Shown: positions 30,213 through 41,067 of the stretch, piece by piece
Numbering within the stretch: position 1 is the stretch's first letter
How the letters are laid out: the number at the start of each line of letters is the position of its first letter
Virus record (IMG/VR): IMGVR_UViG_3300009688_000445
Origin: an uncultured virus (IMG/VR IMGVR_UViG_3300009688_000445)
Lineage: Duplodnaviria; Heunggongvirae; Uroviricota; Caudoviricetes
Length of the DNA stretch: 64,000 nt
Direction: 5' to 3' (one strand)
Made by a program: the position numbers and the translations under genes
Notes under the pieces: generated by a model
Seen by the model: only the letters and a program-made list of their open reading frames with translations
The model's database searches: none
Told to the model about the DNA's origin: nothing

Positions 30213-30854
30213 TTATCCACCTACTTCATTTTGTTGTGATCTTACATAATTAGGGCATCCTTGTGGAAGCATCCATTTTGGTGGCACAGAAATATTAAAA
30301 GCTGGTATATTAGGTAATTTAGGCATTGCAGGTATACCTGGAATCTTAAAAGGAAACCATTTTGAAGGATCCACCTGCCACCCAGGTGTTTTTTTAGTAT
30401 AAGTACATTGTGTTTTTGCACCACAAGTTGGAAATCCTGGGCATTTGAAGGTAATTTGAAGACCAAAATCAAAAGGACCTGTACCTATAGATATAGGAAT
30501 TTCAGGAGAACCTGGAAAACCTAAAATTTGATTAAAATCTACTCCCGGAAATGTAAAAGAAATGGGTAATCCAATATCTACACCAGTCATACTAACTGTT
30601 ACTTTTGGAAAAAAAGGTGCAGAAGAATCTATATCTACTATTATTCCAGCAGGTAAATCCGGTGGTGTAGGATCTGGTTGATCAGGTAATTGACCACTAG
30701 TTAATTCTAATCCAGTAGAAGTAATAATAGTAATTGCACCAGATTCATCTATAGTAACTATAGGTGCAGGCGTTTCTGTTGTTACTTCATATACACCAGT
30801 TGAAGTATCATATTTATAAACAACACCTGAGGATGTTAAAAAAGGAGGTACCAT
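30213..30854 (-). CDS. Proline-rich hypothetical virion protein downstream of spike
   Basis: Pro-rich, several Cys, two TSTG; operonic with spike gene. Confidence 0.55.
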   Translation of the reverse strand: MVPPFLTSSGVVYKYDTSTGVYEVTTETPAPIVTIDESGAITIITSTGLELTSGQLPDQPDPTPPDLPAGIIVDIDSSAPFFPKVTVSMTGVDIGLPISFTFPGVDFNQILGFPGSPEIPISIGTGPFDFGLQITFKCPGFPTCGAKTQCTYTKKTPGWQVDPSKWFPFKIPGIPAMPKLPNIPAFNISVPPKWMLPQGCPNYVRSQQNEVGG

Positions 30855-30865
30855 TTAAATTAACC

Positions 30866-32392
30866 TTAATTTGCGCTAACACCTATTTTAGCTACTTGTA
30901 ACTGTCCTGCTACAGTAGCTGTTACTTTCATAAGTAATGGAAGCATAGGTGGACCCATAGGACCTTTATGTAAATGATTATCGAAAGCTTGATCTAGAAA
31001 GTCCGCAGTAGCTTCTCCCAATAACAGTACTTCCGAGGAGGCAGAACTTGAAGGTACACCTAATGTAATAGTATCTGTTCCTGCTACAATTACATCTTTA
31101 GAAGCTATGGTAACAACTCCTCCTGACATACTTATATCAAATCCAGTATTTTTTAACATAAGTGACCCACCAGATTTATGTTGAATTATGATATCCCCAT
31201 TATCTGTAAAAGAAATACCAGATCCGCTGGAATGCACTAAACTGGGTCCTTCTTTATCGCTGAATGATGTTATATTATTGTTACATCTTACGCTAAATTC
31301 AGTCTTACCGTTTTCATCCTTTCCAAACATCATTTGATCATTATTATCTTTATTAATAATACTAAATTTTTCACTGTTACATGAAAAAGCCATTTCAGAG
31401 GTAACAAAGTCTAATTGTGTTGTATCAACATCAGAAGTTGAAAAATTTGTTCTAAATTTAAAATAAGATTCCGTTTGTTCATTTACAATGTAAAAGTTGC
31501 CATTTTCATCTACACCCATTTTTATTTTTGAAGGTAGCTTTAAAAGAAAATTTACTACGGTATCCAAATCTCTCAATAGTTTTTCTGGATCTCCTACCTG
31601 ATTAAATACTTTACTTGCAAAAGCTAAAGTACCTGTTGTAGGCGCCGTATCTAATCCTGTATCTTCATCTGTTTCTAAAGAAGGATTTCCAGTCTCATTA
31701 TTATATTTAGTTCCAATATCTACTCTAAATTCTGTGTGTGTAGTAACTGTTTCGTTTTCTTCTCCTTCATTAGTAATATCTCTCATAATTTGGGGGATAT
31801 TAGTTTGTGAAGCATCGTCTTCTAAAACTCTTTTTACTCTTCCTGCTTTAATACTCACATCCAAAACTTCTATATCTAAATCATTTGCTAACATATTTAT
31901 AGATTGTGAGTATTCGCTTAATTCTATAAAATTTCCAGATCCCCCATTTATTTTAACACTCCCATCATTAGTTAAATATACTTCTGCCTGTCCTGCACTA
32001 ATGATTTGTACTTCTCCTGGATCTAGATATCTTAATAATGTAATTGCACCTGTTTTTGTTTCTTGTTTGTTTGAAGAAGATGTTTCTACTACATCCTCTG
32101 GAAGAAAGTATCCTATATGATGATACCCAAATTTATTTTTACCAGAACTATCTTTATATAGTAATGCTAGAACAGTACCAGGAATAGGAAGAGATCGTAT
32201 TCCAGATCCTGCTAGTGTCAATACTTGATTAATTGCAACCTCGTCTACATCGTGTAATCCTCGAACATATACAGAGATAGTTTGTAGCATAGAATCTACT
32301 TTTGTAATATCTGCATAATAAATAGGTCCTTGAATGCTTTGACTTACATATAAAGCATTATTATGGGGTTTACCTGGAAACGATATTGCCAT
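30866..32392 (-). CDS. Baseplate central spike (gp5/gpV-like)
   Basis: N-terminal OB-like region, beta-repeat body, C-terminal FDNHLH (HxH apex) motif; follows hub gene. Confidence 0.75.
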   Translation of the reverse strand: MAISFPGKPHNNALYVSQSIQGPIYYADITKVDSMLQTISVYVRGLHDVDEVAINQVLTLAGSGIRSLPIPGTVLALLYKDSSGKNKFGYHHIGYFLPEDVVETSSSNKQETKTGAITLLRYLDPGEVQIISAGQAEVYLTNDGSVKINGGSGNFIELSEYSQSINMLANDLDIEVLDVSIKAGRVKRVLEDDASQTNIPQIMRDITNEGEENETVTTHTEFRVDIGTKYNNETGNPSLETDEDTGLDTAPTTGTLAFASKVFNQVGDPEKLLRDLDTVVNFLLKLPSKIKMGVDENGNFYIVNEQTESYFKFRTNFSTSDVDTTQLDFVTSEMAFSCNSEKFSIINKDNNDQMMFGKDENGKTEFSVRCNNNITSFSDKEGPSLVHSSGSGISFTDNGDIIIQHKSGGSLMLKNTGFDISMSGGVVTIASKDVIVAGTDTITLGVPSSSASSEVLLLGEATADFLDQAFDNHLHKGPMGPPMLPLLMKVTATVAGQLQVAKIGVSAN

Positions 32393-32410
32393 CTATTACT
32401 CCTTATTCAT

Positions 32411-35400
32411 TTATTTCTTAATAATATAGCTAGGGCAAGAACCGTTTTGTTCTTCCAAGCTACTGGAACCTAATCCACTAGAAACAGCACCTACGCCTGC
32501 TAAATTACTTCCGCTAGCAGCTGTTAATTCTGCTTTTTTCTTACTTGTGCTTTGTGGTAATTCTGTATCATCTCGTATTGTCCATTTTATCCTTATTTTA
32601 GTAGTATCATTATAATAAGAATACTTTGGTATTGTTAAATAAAGTTGCTGCAATAATGGTAAACTGCTTAACTTAGCTTGTTGTTCTTTTTCGTTTTCAT
32701 CACTAGTTGTATCTGTAGCATAGGGTTTAGAAGGTTTCTTCCTAGTTTTAGTAGTTTTATCGAAAGACACACTACCATTATAAATAGTTTGACCAAAAGT
32801 AGAATAGTCTTCTAAGGCAGAAGTTAATTTTTTATCATAATCATTTTTAGTATTTGTTTCTTTAGTAACTTTTTCTACTAAAGTTTTCCATTCTTTATAA
32901 TATTTATTTTTGTCTTTTCCTGCTTGTAACTTTTCGCTGCTACCTTCTGGATATGAATTATAGTTATTTCTAGAAGTTTTAAGATTCTGATATGCTATAT
33001 CTCGATCCTCTTCATCTTTATTAATATTTTGCTGTAGTTTATCTATTATATCTATTTGTTCTTTTAAGCTTTTTTCTTTATTTTGTAATGTAATAAAAGC
33101 ATTATTAACTTCTATCATTTTAAGTTCAAGAGCACTACTTTGAGATTCTGTTAGAATATCATCACCTAACTTTCTTCCTATAGTTGGAAGATTTTGATTT
33201 TCTGCTGTACTTCTTTCTGTAACTATCTTATTATCTGTAGCAGCTGCATATACACTGTCATTATAATTTAAGTGCCCTATGCAATCATGTGCTACATATA
33301 AGCCACCATTAACTGGATTACCAGTAATTGTAGGTAGAAAAGTTGCAACAGAATTTGCTATAGTTTGACCCAATATGCCAACGCCCTGTCCTACCCAACT
33401 TCCGGTGTTATAAAATTCGTCAGTTGCTGGTATTTTAGAGGAAGTTAAAGTTCCTAATGTTTTATAATATTTCAAAGCTTTTTGATTAAAATAACTATTA
33501 GAATGTGAATTGGAACCTAATGCATCTTCTAATAGAGTAGAAGCATTATTTGCTAATTTATTTTTAGAAAGAGAAGTAACTTTCGATACACCTCTAGAAG
33601 TAGGCGATAATGCGGTTAAAGATGCACTATCAAATGCTGTTTTATTTAGTAAGTTAACTGTTTCGGTAGTATCCGGTAATGAAAGCGTACTTTGCATATT
33701 TCCTATATTTAAATTTATACCAGTATCAGGTCTAGCAAAAGGCATTACACCTAAAACTGGGCTAGCAACAGTATCCAATTCATTTAAAGAATATGAGTAT
33801 GTAATAGAATTTCTTCTTATATAAGAAAGAGTAGCAGAACTAGTAAATGGTTGTTCTATACCATATTTTATAGAAAAGGTGGTAAGCAAGCCAATAGAGT
33901 ACTTATCTTCTAGATAGTAAGGACGATTTAGCCAAAATTCTGGCCTTCCTACAAGATCTATACTAAATATAGTTGCTTGCGATGTCATTCTATTAAAAAG
34001 TGTTTTAGCAAATCTTACTGCTTCTTGTCCATTATCTATTGCAGTGTTAATAATTGTAGGTCCCGGATTATAACCATATTTAGATACAAAATCTGTATTA
34101 GGATTATATAAACCGCTTCTTTCTAATACTTTTAAATCTCCTCTGGTTAATATAGGAAAAGCTGCAGTATCTGGTAATAAATCTTTTATGTTATCATGCA
34201 TTCCTTGTATTATCATGCTTTTTAGACCATTGCCAGATAATAGACAAATTTCATACGCACGAGATAATTCAGTAGTTAATAGTGCTTCTACAGAGCCAAC
34301 GCTTCTAGTTTCTAATGAAGAAGTTTTAACTGGTTGTGAAGATCCAGCTCTACTTTCTATTTTAAAAACTTCTGCAATATCAAAAATAGATAAATTAGCA
34401 AGACCTTTAGTAGATTTAATATTATATTTTCCTAAAAATAATAATAAATTATCTGAAATAGCTTTAGTACCAGATGTATTAGAACTTGATCCAACTGTAG
34501 TACTCTGGATATCCTTATTTGATAAATACTGAATAAGTTTATATATATTGGGGCATACCTGATTTAGTACAATCCAAGAATATACTGTTAAATCTTTGAA
34601 AGGACTACCTGCATTATCAATAATAAATTGTTGAATAGTTGTAGCACTATACTCAACTTGCAATTTTTGATGAACAGCAGCAATATCAGAATGTGCAAAA
34701 GATTTAATATTTTGTTTAGAGAAATTTACTGCTGAAGTACCAGATTCTTCAATTAAGGAGTATAATGTATTATCACCTCTATCTGCTAATAGCGTATCTA
34801 AAAGTATAGAATTGTAACTACTGGTAAGCTCATCTACTCTATTTCCTAATTTAATCTTTTTTGTCCAATTTTCTAGAGAATCGTCGCCACGGAATACGTT
34901 AGGAAAACCATCTGCAATATATATGCCAGGTTGAAAATTCATTGCTTCTTTATTTTTAGTATCATCTGTTATATTTTTATGAATAGTAAAATATCTACCA
35001 ACACGCATGAAACCAGCTAGAGTAGCATCTATCATTCCTTGCCCACCGGAGCTACTTCCTTCAACAATAACACTAGTTCTAATCATTTCGGGTTTAATTG
35101 TTTCACTAACACGCATTGTATCTTTTTGAGTTATAAACAATGGATGATTAGCTTTAGTATTAAAAAAGTAAGCATAATCTTTTCTATATACTACCTTTTC
35201 TCCATCTGTGGTATTGTTAAAATTTCTAAAGTAAACTGGTTTTTTATCATAAACAGGATCTCTTTCTTCTATTTTAGACATAAACTTAGAAGGATGAAAA
35301 TCATACATAATAGGTTCTATAAAGATATCACCCATAGGAGAACAATATACACAATATTCTTCATCATTTGTAAGTTTTTCTATTGCATCATAGGATGATG

Positions 35401-37642
35401 TTATGTTTTCTTCTGTTAAAAGTAATTCACTTATAGTCCAACGATCCTTATCACGTTTTCTAAACTTCTTGGGCCATAAGAAAAATAATCTAGGTCTAAA
35501 ATAATTTTTCTGAGTTCCCATTTGTGCCGGACTATCTATTGCACTGAGTTCTGTAGGACTACCTAACACCATTTCTTTTAATCTTTCATAGGGTGTTACT
35601 ACTATACTATCAAGTAAATCAGGTCTTCCGGTTTTTGGATTTATGGCTGCATTATATACATCTTCTACTCTATGAAAGTTGTTAATAAAATCATATGTAA
35701 GGGCAGGATGAATACCACATACACCGAATCCACTATTACTTTGCCATCCAGTCTTAGTAGTATCAATTGAATTGTTAAAGGGATAACCTTTGGAAACTGC
35801 ATTGATAGCTTGACTGGCTGCAGTACCTACTTTAGCTTTTCCAGTAAGCTTATCTACACCAGAAACTGCTTCATTTATTAAAGCACTACCAACCTTAGAT
35901 ACAAGATTGGCTTCGTCTTTTAGAGAATAATCTTTTGTCCAATATCTTACAGAAGTATCATAAAAGGGTTTGATATTCTCTTCTTTAAAATCTTCTATAG
36001 TTATTTCGTTATATTGTAAATAGATATCATTCCAAGGACCCAGATTAAAACAATCTGGATCAGCTAAATAAGGTTTATCTTGTTTAAACCAAGATTCAAA
36101 ATTGGTTTGTCTTCCAGATTCAATTCCTATTTGCTGTGCTACAGCTTCTGTTATTTTACCACCTAATTCCGTTGTTTTATAAACACTTTGTACTTTACTA
36201 TCAAGTGTATTTATAACTTTACCCTGAAACTTTGTAAGCCCTTTATCTATTTGATTTTGTAAACTATTTGAATCAAAACCAGTCAGTGCAGTAAACGGTC
36301 TTAGATTTTGAATCGTTCCGGTATTACCTATAGGTATCATAGTGCCAGGATTCATTACTGTATTTAATCCGGTATCAACAAGATTTAATCCTGCATTAAC
36401 AAGATTTAATCCTGCACCTGTTATACTCGTAAGAGAAGATAATAAACCAGAAGTAACGCTTCTTAAAGTAAATTCTCTACACATCATTCCATCAATATAA
36501 TTTTGATTAGAATTTACTCCTGTTTTAAACTCGTGGGCTTCACGAAACACATTCATATACCTTTCTAAATTTGTACTGCTACTAGAAGTATTATATGGTG
36601 GTGGATTGCTATTAGATTTAGCTAAAGTATTAGCAGAGGTATAGTAAAAATGACTATTTTCTATAGCTTTATACTGTCTTTCATCTTGTGAGAAAAACAT
36701 TACTTTAACTAAAGTATTAAATGCACCTGGTTGCCCAGACTCAATTTTTTGTCCTCTATTGGCAAGTCCTTTGATACCACTTTCATGAGAAGCAGCACGA
36801 ATTAAAGAACCTTTATCAGTATATTTCTTTCTTTTGTAAATATATAAAGGATCAGATCCTTGTATAGTTATTATATCGTCAGATCCATATGATCTACTTT
36901 GGTCTAGTCCACTTATTACACCACTAAATCCAAAATACCAGTAAGAAGAAAATCTTCCTTTAAAAAATACATATATGGGATCTCTAAAATCAAAAATAAT
37001 CTCACCTGCTTTCTTTGGGCAATTACTATGAAATTTTATTTCATATAACATTCTAGTAATACCCATACTATCATTTATCTTTAAATTAGTAAGAGAATTT
37101 ATACTATTAATTATATCTGATTCTACAGTATTTCTACCTATTTTATCAAATGCCGCAGAAAAATCAGATGGGTTTAAATCTGTTTTTAATGATCTTTCTA
37201 CTTTAGTAGATACATTATCATAAGGCGATCCTTGTTTATTTAACCAAGGATATTCATATGCTTGCAAAATATCTTTATCTTCTCTCCATCTTCCTTGATT
37301 GGCTTCTCCTATTAGATCTGTAATATCTACATTATACTTTCCTCTTGGGTTAGATAAAGTTATGGTACAACCACCATTTGCAGCATCATCATAACTGGTA
37401 TCTACTCCTATAACATCTTTAGTTACTTCTGCACCACATAAAAAAACTCTGCATTCAGGACTTAAATTAACTAAAGTTACACCATCTTCTCTTTCTCTTT
37501 CTATAGCAGAGACAGGATATGTTTTATCAAATGTACCAAATACTATACCTTGTGCATTTGCAGAAGAATCTGTAGTATTTACTACTAGCTTTTTTCCTTC
37601 AGCTTTTAATTTATCTCTAAAGCGTTCAATAGGAGTAGGCAT
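32411..37642 (-). CDS. Large baseplate hub protein (gp27/gpD-like with insertions)
   Basis: CTITLSNP, IYVFFKGRF, FSGVI, IDLVGRPE..L, LSYIR hub-like motifs; position between tube initiator and spike. Confidence 0.65.
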   Translation of the reverse strand: MPTPIERFRDKLKAEGKKLVVNTTDSSANAQGIVFGTFDKTYPVSAIEREREDGVTLVNLSPECRVFLCGAEVTKDVIGVDTSYDDAANGGCTITLSNPRGKYNVDITDLIGEANQGRWREDKDILQAYEYPWLNKQGSPYDNVSTKVERSLKTDLNPSDFSAAFDKIGRNTVESDIINSINSLTNLKINDSMGITRMLYEIKFHSNCPKKAGEIIFDFRDPIYVFFKGRFSSYWYFGFSGVISGLDQSRSYGSDDIITIQGSDPLYIYKRKKYTDKGSLIRAASHESGIKGLANRGQKIESGQPGAFNTLVKVMFFSQDERQYKAIENSHFYYTSANTLAKSNSNPPPYNTSSSSTNLERYMNVFREAHEFKTGVNSNQNYIDGMMCREFTLRSVTSGLLSSLTSITGAGLNLVNAGLNLVDTGLNTVMNPGTMIPIGNTGTIQNLRPFTALTGFDSNSLQNQIDKGLTKFQGKVINTLDSKVQSVYKTTELGGKITEAVAQQIGIESGRQTNFESWFKQDKPYLADPDCFNLGPWNDIYLQYNEITIEDFKEENIKPFYDTSVRYWTKDYSLKDEANLVSKVGSALINEAVSGVDKLTGKAKVGTAASQAINAVSKGYPFNNSIDTTKTGWQSNSGFGVCGIHPALTYDFINNFHRVEDVYNAAINPKTGRPDLLDSIVVTPYERLKEMVLGSPTELSAIDSPAQMGTQKNYFRPRLFFLWPKKFRKRDKDRWTISELLLTEENITSSYDAIEKLTNDEEYCVYCSPMGDIFIEPIMYDFHPSKFMSKIEERDPVYDKKPVYFRNFNNTTDGEKVVYRKDYAYFFNTKANHPLFITQKDTMRVSETIKPEMIRTSVIVEGSSSGGQGMIDATLAGFMRVGRYFTIHKNITDDTKNKEAMNFQPGIYIADGFPNVFRGDDSLENWTKKIKLGNRVDELTSSYNSILLDTLLADRGDNTLYSLIEESGTSAVNFSKQNIKSFAHSDIAAVHQKLQVEYSATTIQQFIIDNAGSPFKDLTVYSWIVLNQVCPNIYKLIQYLSNKDIQSTTVGSSSNTSGTKAISDNLLLFLGKYNIKSTKGLANLSIFDIAEVFKIESRAGSSQPVKTSSLETRSVGSVEALLTTELSRAYEICLLSGNGLKSMIIQGMHDNIKDLLPDTAAFPILTRGDLKVLERSGLYNPNTDFVSKYGYNPGPTIINTAIDNGQEAVRFAKTLFNRMTSQATIFSIDLVGRPEFWLNRPYYLEDKYSIGLLTTFSIKYGIEQPFTSSATLSYIRRNSITYSYSLNELDTVASPVLGVMPFARPDTGINLNIGNMQSTLSLPDTTETVNLLNKTAFDSASLTALSPTSRGVSKVTSLSKNKLANNASTLLEDALGSNSHSNSYFNQKALKYYKTLGTLTSSKIPATDEFYNTGSWVGQGVGILGQTIANSVATFLPTITGNPVNGGLYVAHDCIGHLNYNDSVYAAATDNKIVTERSTAENQNLPTIGRKLGDDILTESQSSALELKMIEVNNAFITLQNKEKSLKEQIDIIDKLQQNINKDEEDRDIAYQNLKTSRNNYNSYPEGSSEKLQAGKDKNKYYKEWKTLVEKVTKETNTKNDYDKKLTSALEDYSTFGQTIYNGSVSFDKTTKTRKKPSKPYATDTTSDENEKEQQAKLSSLPLLQQLYLTIPKYSYYNDTTKIRIKWTIRDDTELPQSTSKKKAELTAASGSNLAGVGAVSSGLGSSSLEEQNGSCPSYIIKK

Positions 37643-38463
37643 TATAGTATTTTAACCATTCCATTCTGTAGATTAGTAGTAGATGTATACATACCAGGAA
37701 CTCTTTGTGAAATAGTAATTTTTCTTAGATTTTCTACAATATATTCAAAGCTATAATGAACTGTTTGTGCATCATCTTTAGTTTCTGGTACTTGAAAAGA
37801 CGTGAAATATCCTTCTGCTATTACACCAGTAGGAAATTGTTTTGTATACATCTTTATATATTTTACATTATAATGTTCTTGTCCATCATTATCATAATAA
37901 TATGCAGGTTGATCTGCTAAATCTTTTAATCTTTGTAAGAATAATCTGGGTGAATTATCTGTATTATCTGCGTGTCTTCCAGCTTTAATTCTATTACTTT
38001 CTGAAAGACTTGGATTCCATTTATTTAATTGAGCTTTTAATTTATTGGGATCTATTTGACCATTTCTTGTATACGAATTATATGTATTTCTTAATCCTTG
38101 TTTAATATAATTAGTATTTCCTTTTAGAAGGTTAAAAGCACCAGTTTCAGCATTTTGCGAAGCAGATTCAATTTGAACCCAACCAACTGCACCTTCCACA
38201 GTGATTACTTTTACATCTTGTCTGTAATGAAAAGTAACAATAGAACCTGCTGTATGCTGTCTATTTTGAATATATTTATCTTGTATAGTAATAGAAGAAG
38301 GATTTATCCACATTTCATACCAAGAATTTTTTATTTGCGTAGAATCAGATACAACACCCTTAGTTAATAAACTAGTTAGATTAGTGCTAAGATATGATCT
38401 TTTTTGTAAAGCCATTTGCTGTAGCATATTTGAAGAAAATAAAAAAGGAGTTAAGCCTGCCAT
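37642..38463 (-). CDS. Tail tube initiator / distal tube-like protein
   Basis: MWINPSSITI, EGYFTSFQVPE, YSFEY; directly after tape measure. Confidence 0.65.
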   Translation of the reverse strand: MAGLTPFLFSSNMLQQMALQKRSYLSTNLTSLLTKGVVSDSTQIKNSWYEMWINPSSITIQDKYIQNRQHTAGSIVTFHYRQDVKVITVEGAVGWVQIESASQNAETGAFNLLKGNTNYIKQGLRNTYNSYTRNGQIDPNKLKAQLNKWNPSLSESNRIKAGRHADNTDNSPRLFLQRLKDLADQPAYYYDNDGQEHYNVKYIKMYTKQFPTGVIAEGYFTSFQVPETKDDAQTVHYSFEYIVENLRKITISQRVPGMYTSTTNLQNGMVKIL

Positions 38464-38466
38464 ATA

Positions 38467-40599
38467 TTATCCACCTATTAAACCCATTCTTCTAGCAAAT
38501 ACTTCTTCTATTTTATTAAGAAAGGTATTATCTGTTAATATTGATCCATTTATATTTAAAGTAATTTCTATTTTTTTGTCTGAAGTTCCCATTCCGCCAC
38601 TAACTCTATTCATAGCATTTTTAGTAGTTTGCGGAGAACCAATTTGTATATCATGCGAAGGATTAAAAGCATAAAAACTATCACGTCCAAGAGATTTCAT
38701 AGATTCACTTGTAAGAACTTCGCTTACTGTTCCTCGTTTTATAACGCCACCAATATGTTTCTTTCCACCTTCTTCCATTCCTATAATATCTTTTAATACG
38801 TTTTTACTTTCTCTATACGCTTGCAGAGCTTTTGCAGGTGTTGCTTCTCCTTTTGCAAGTTGTACCAAAAGTGTTGCAACTCTATCTTGCCATTTTTGTG
38901 TAATTAATTCAAATTTAACCAACTGTCCTAGCTTTTCATCTGGTGGTTTCATTTCTTGCTGTATTGCTGGTACTAGTTCATCTAATTTTTCTGCAGGTGT
39001 TAGCATTAATGTTCTTAGCGTTTCCATATCTTTAATAGGTGCAATTCCAGCTTGCATTGCAGCCATACCTTTTTGAAACCCTGCAGGTCCACTTAGAATT
39101 AGTTTTTGAAATTCTCTTATTGTTCTTAAGGTTATATCTCTGCCTGTTATCCCGGACTCTTCTAGAGAATACCCGCCACCTTCTCTTTCTTTGAAGTATT
39201 TTCCTCCCAACATATATTGTTCCATTTGTTGAGTTAATGAGCCTTTTAATCCTATTTGGTTGGCCCAGAATGCACTAACAGCCATTCCTTGTTGTGCTCT
39301 TCCACCAATAATGTCTGCAGATACCTTTCCAATATTTTGTTTAGTAATGCCAGCTCTAAAAAGTAATTCCTGATTTTTTAGTAATCCTTGAGTTACTCTG
39401 GCTACGGTTTCCATATCTACACCTAGGTATCTAGCTTGTACCGCACTATCACCTATCCATTTAGCTATATCTTGTAAAGGAATACCTGCTTGTTTTGCAG
39501 TTTCTCTAAATTGACTCATAGTCTGTTCTACAATCTTCCACGTATCTCTTACTGAATTAGAAGATTGAATTATACTGGAGGTAAATGCAGAAGCAATATC
39601 CTCACCGTAAGTTTTGCTTATTAGAGCATATCCTTTAATTTCTTCTTCCGCTTCTTCTTTAGTTCTCCCAATAATACCTTTTCTAAAAGCTGTTTCACCA
39701 TACTGGGTAAATTCCTCTCTAGTTAATTGACTACTTGCCATTACACTAATACCACCAGGTGCGCCTAATGCTCCGGCTCTTGCAGAAAAAACTCTTTGCT
39801 GTAATCTTCTTTTGTAATCATACATCATAGATTCTATTAAAGCATTGGCAGTTCCTCCTATAAATCCACCTACTGCTGGTATACCTTTTAATATACCAGT
39901 TAGTGCCCCTGTAACTTTAGAAATTTCACCTGTTTTTTCTAGTTCTCGTTCTCTTCTTCTTTCAGTATATCCTTTAAGTTTTTCCGTACCAAATCTACCA
40001 AAAGCAGAAGCAGTACCTACCATACTTTTCAATGCACCTTCAGGACCTGCTGCACCTGCTGCACCAAAAACTAATTTAAACTGTGCCCCTACCTCAGATG
40101 CTAATTTTTTTATATCCTGTAAATTTTTTCTTTTTATTTGGAGTTCTTTATTTATTTCTTTAGAAGTTTTAACTTGTTTTCCTATTTCTTCTGAAACTTT
40201 CTTATACGAACCTTCTACAGATTTAATTGCTGATAGTAATGCCTTATTAGCAGCAGTATGTTTTTTAGTTTCCTCAGCTGCTTTTTTTAAAGTTTCTAAA
40301 GCGTCTTGATATGATTTTCCTGTTTTTTCTTGTATTGCTTGTGCTGCTTTAAGGACAGAAGGTACTTTATCTAATGCATCCTTTGTTTCACTAACAGATT
40401 TTTTAGATCTAGATAAAGCTTCATCCATTTCTAATTCTGTTGCTAACATTTTTCTCTGGGTGGAATCAATGCTGGAAAATATATCTTTTAAAGCTTCTGC
40501 GTTTTTTAGTTGTTCAGTTAAATCTGCAGTAGCACCTTTAGATACCTCAGCAGCTTTTTTTACATCCAGCATTACTTGATCTAATTTTGGATCTGGCAT
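38467..40599 (-). CDS. Tape measure protein
   Basis: Ala/Gly/Lys-rich helical protein after the chaperone pair; C-terminal HIGG and ITLNING. Confidence 0.7.
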   Translation of the reverse strand: MPDPKLDQVMLDVKKAAEVSKGATADLTEQLKNAEALKDIFSSIDSTQRKMLATELEMDEALSRSKKSVSETKDALDKVPSVLKAAQAIQEKTGKSYQDALETLKKAAEETKKHTAANKALLSAIKSVEGSYKKVSEEIGKQVKTSKEINKELQIKRKNLQDIKKLASEVGAQFKLVFGAAGAAGPEGALKSMVGTASAFGRFGTEKLKGYTERRRERELEKTGEISKVTGALTGILKGIPAVGGFIGGTANALIESMMYDYKRRLQQRVFSARAGALGAPGGISVMASSQLTREEFTQYGETAFRKGIIGRTKEEAEEEIKGYALISKTYGEDIASAFTSSIIQSSNSVRDTWKIVEQTMSQFRETAKQAGIPLQDIAKWIGDSAVQARYLGVDMETVARVTQGLLKNQELLFRAGITKQNIGKVSADIIGGRAQQGMAVSAFWANQIGLKGSLTQQMEQYMLGGKYFKEREGGGYSLEESGITGRDITLRTIREFQKLILSGPAGFQKGMAAMQAGIAPIKDMETLRTLMLTPAEKLDELVPAIQQEMKPPDEKLGQLVKFELITQKWQDRVATLLVQLAKGEATPAKALQAYRESKNVLKDIIGMEEGGKKHIGGVIKRGTVSEVLTSESMKSLGRDSFYAFNPSHDIQIGSPQTTKNAMNRVSGGMGTSDKKIEITLNINGSILTDNTFLNKIEEVFARRMGLIGG

Positions 40600-40608
40600 A
40601 ATAATATC

Positions 40609-41067
40609 CTATATACTTACTGCGATTCCATCTATATTTAATCTATCTTTCATATCCTTATCTGATATAAGAACTTCTCCAGTTTTCATGCTAACCAATC
40701 CTTTAGTAGGATCATAATATGTATCTGCAGAAGCATAATGAGAATCACCCATATTTACTGTATCAGGAAGACCCTGTTTTTTATTCTTTTCTTTTTGATC
40801 ATGATACTTTTTCCATTCACCATAGTTTTCTGGTGCTACTATGCTGGATATGAATTCACCGTGAGGTCTCATCATATCAGTCCATTCTTCATATAGTTTG
40901 TATCGTCTACAGCGAATAGCAATAAGCCAATAACTAATAGGTATTGACTTAACTTCTTCAGAGTAAGGATTCCATCCATTCATTGCGCAGATGAAAAGTT
41001 TCATGAAATTGAAGTCGCCCATTAATTCATCTGCGTCTTCCCATTCTTCAAATGGACGACTTATGAG
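40609..41067 (-). CDS. Tail assembly chaperone, GT-like C-terminal part reached by -1 frameshift
   Basis: The -1 frame from the slippery site is open for 15 codons (LISRPFEEWEDADEL) into the ATG at 41022. Confidence 0.7.
   Translation of the reverse strand, partial: LISRPFEEWEDADELMGDFNFMKLFICAMNGWNPYSEEVKSIPISYWLIAIRCRRYKLYEEWTDMMRPHGEFISSIVAPENYGEWKKYHDQKEKNKKQGLPDTVNMGDSHYASADTYYDPTKGLVSMKTGEVLISDKDMKDRLNIDGIAVSI

Noticed and set aside
40597..40611. TAG in frame with the tape-measure start
   Set aside because: TAGGA doubles as the RBS, and a chaperone-tape measure fusion is not expected.
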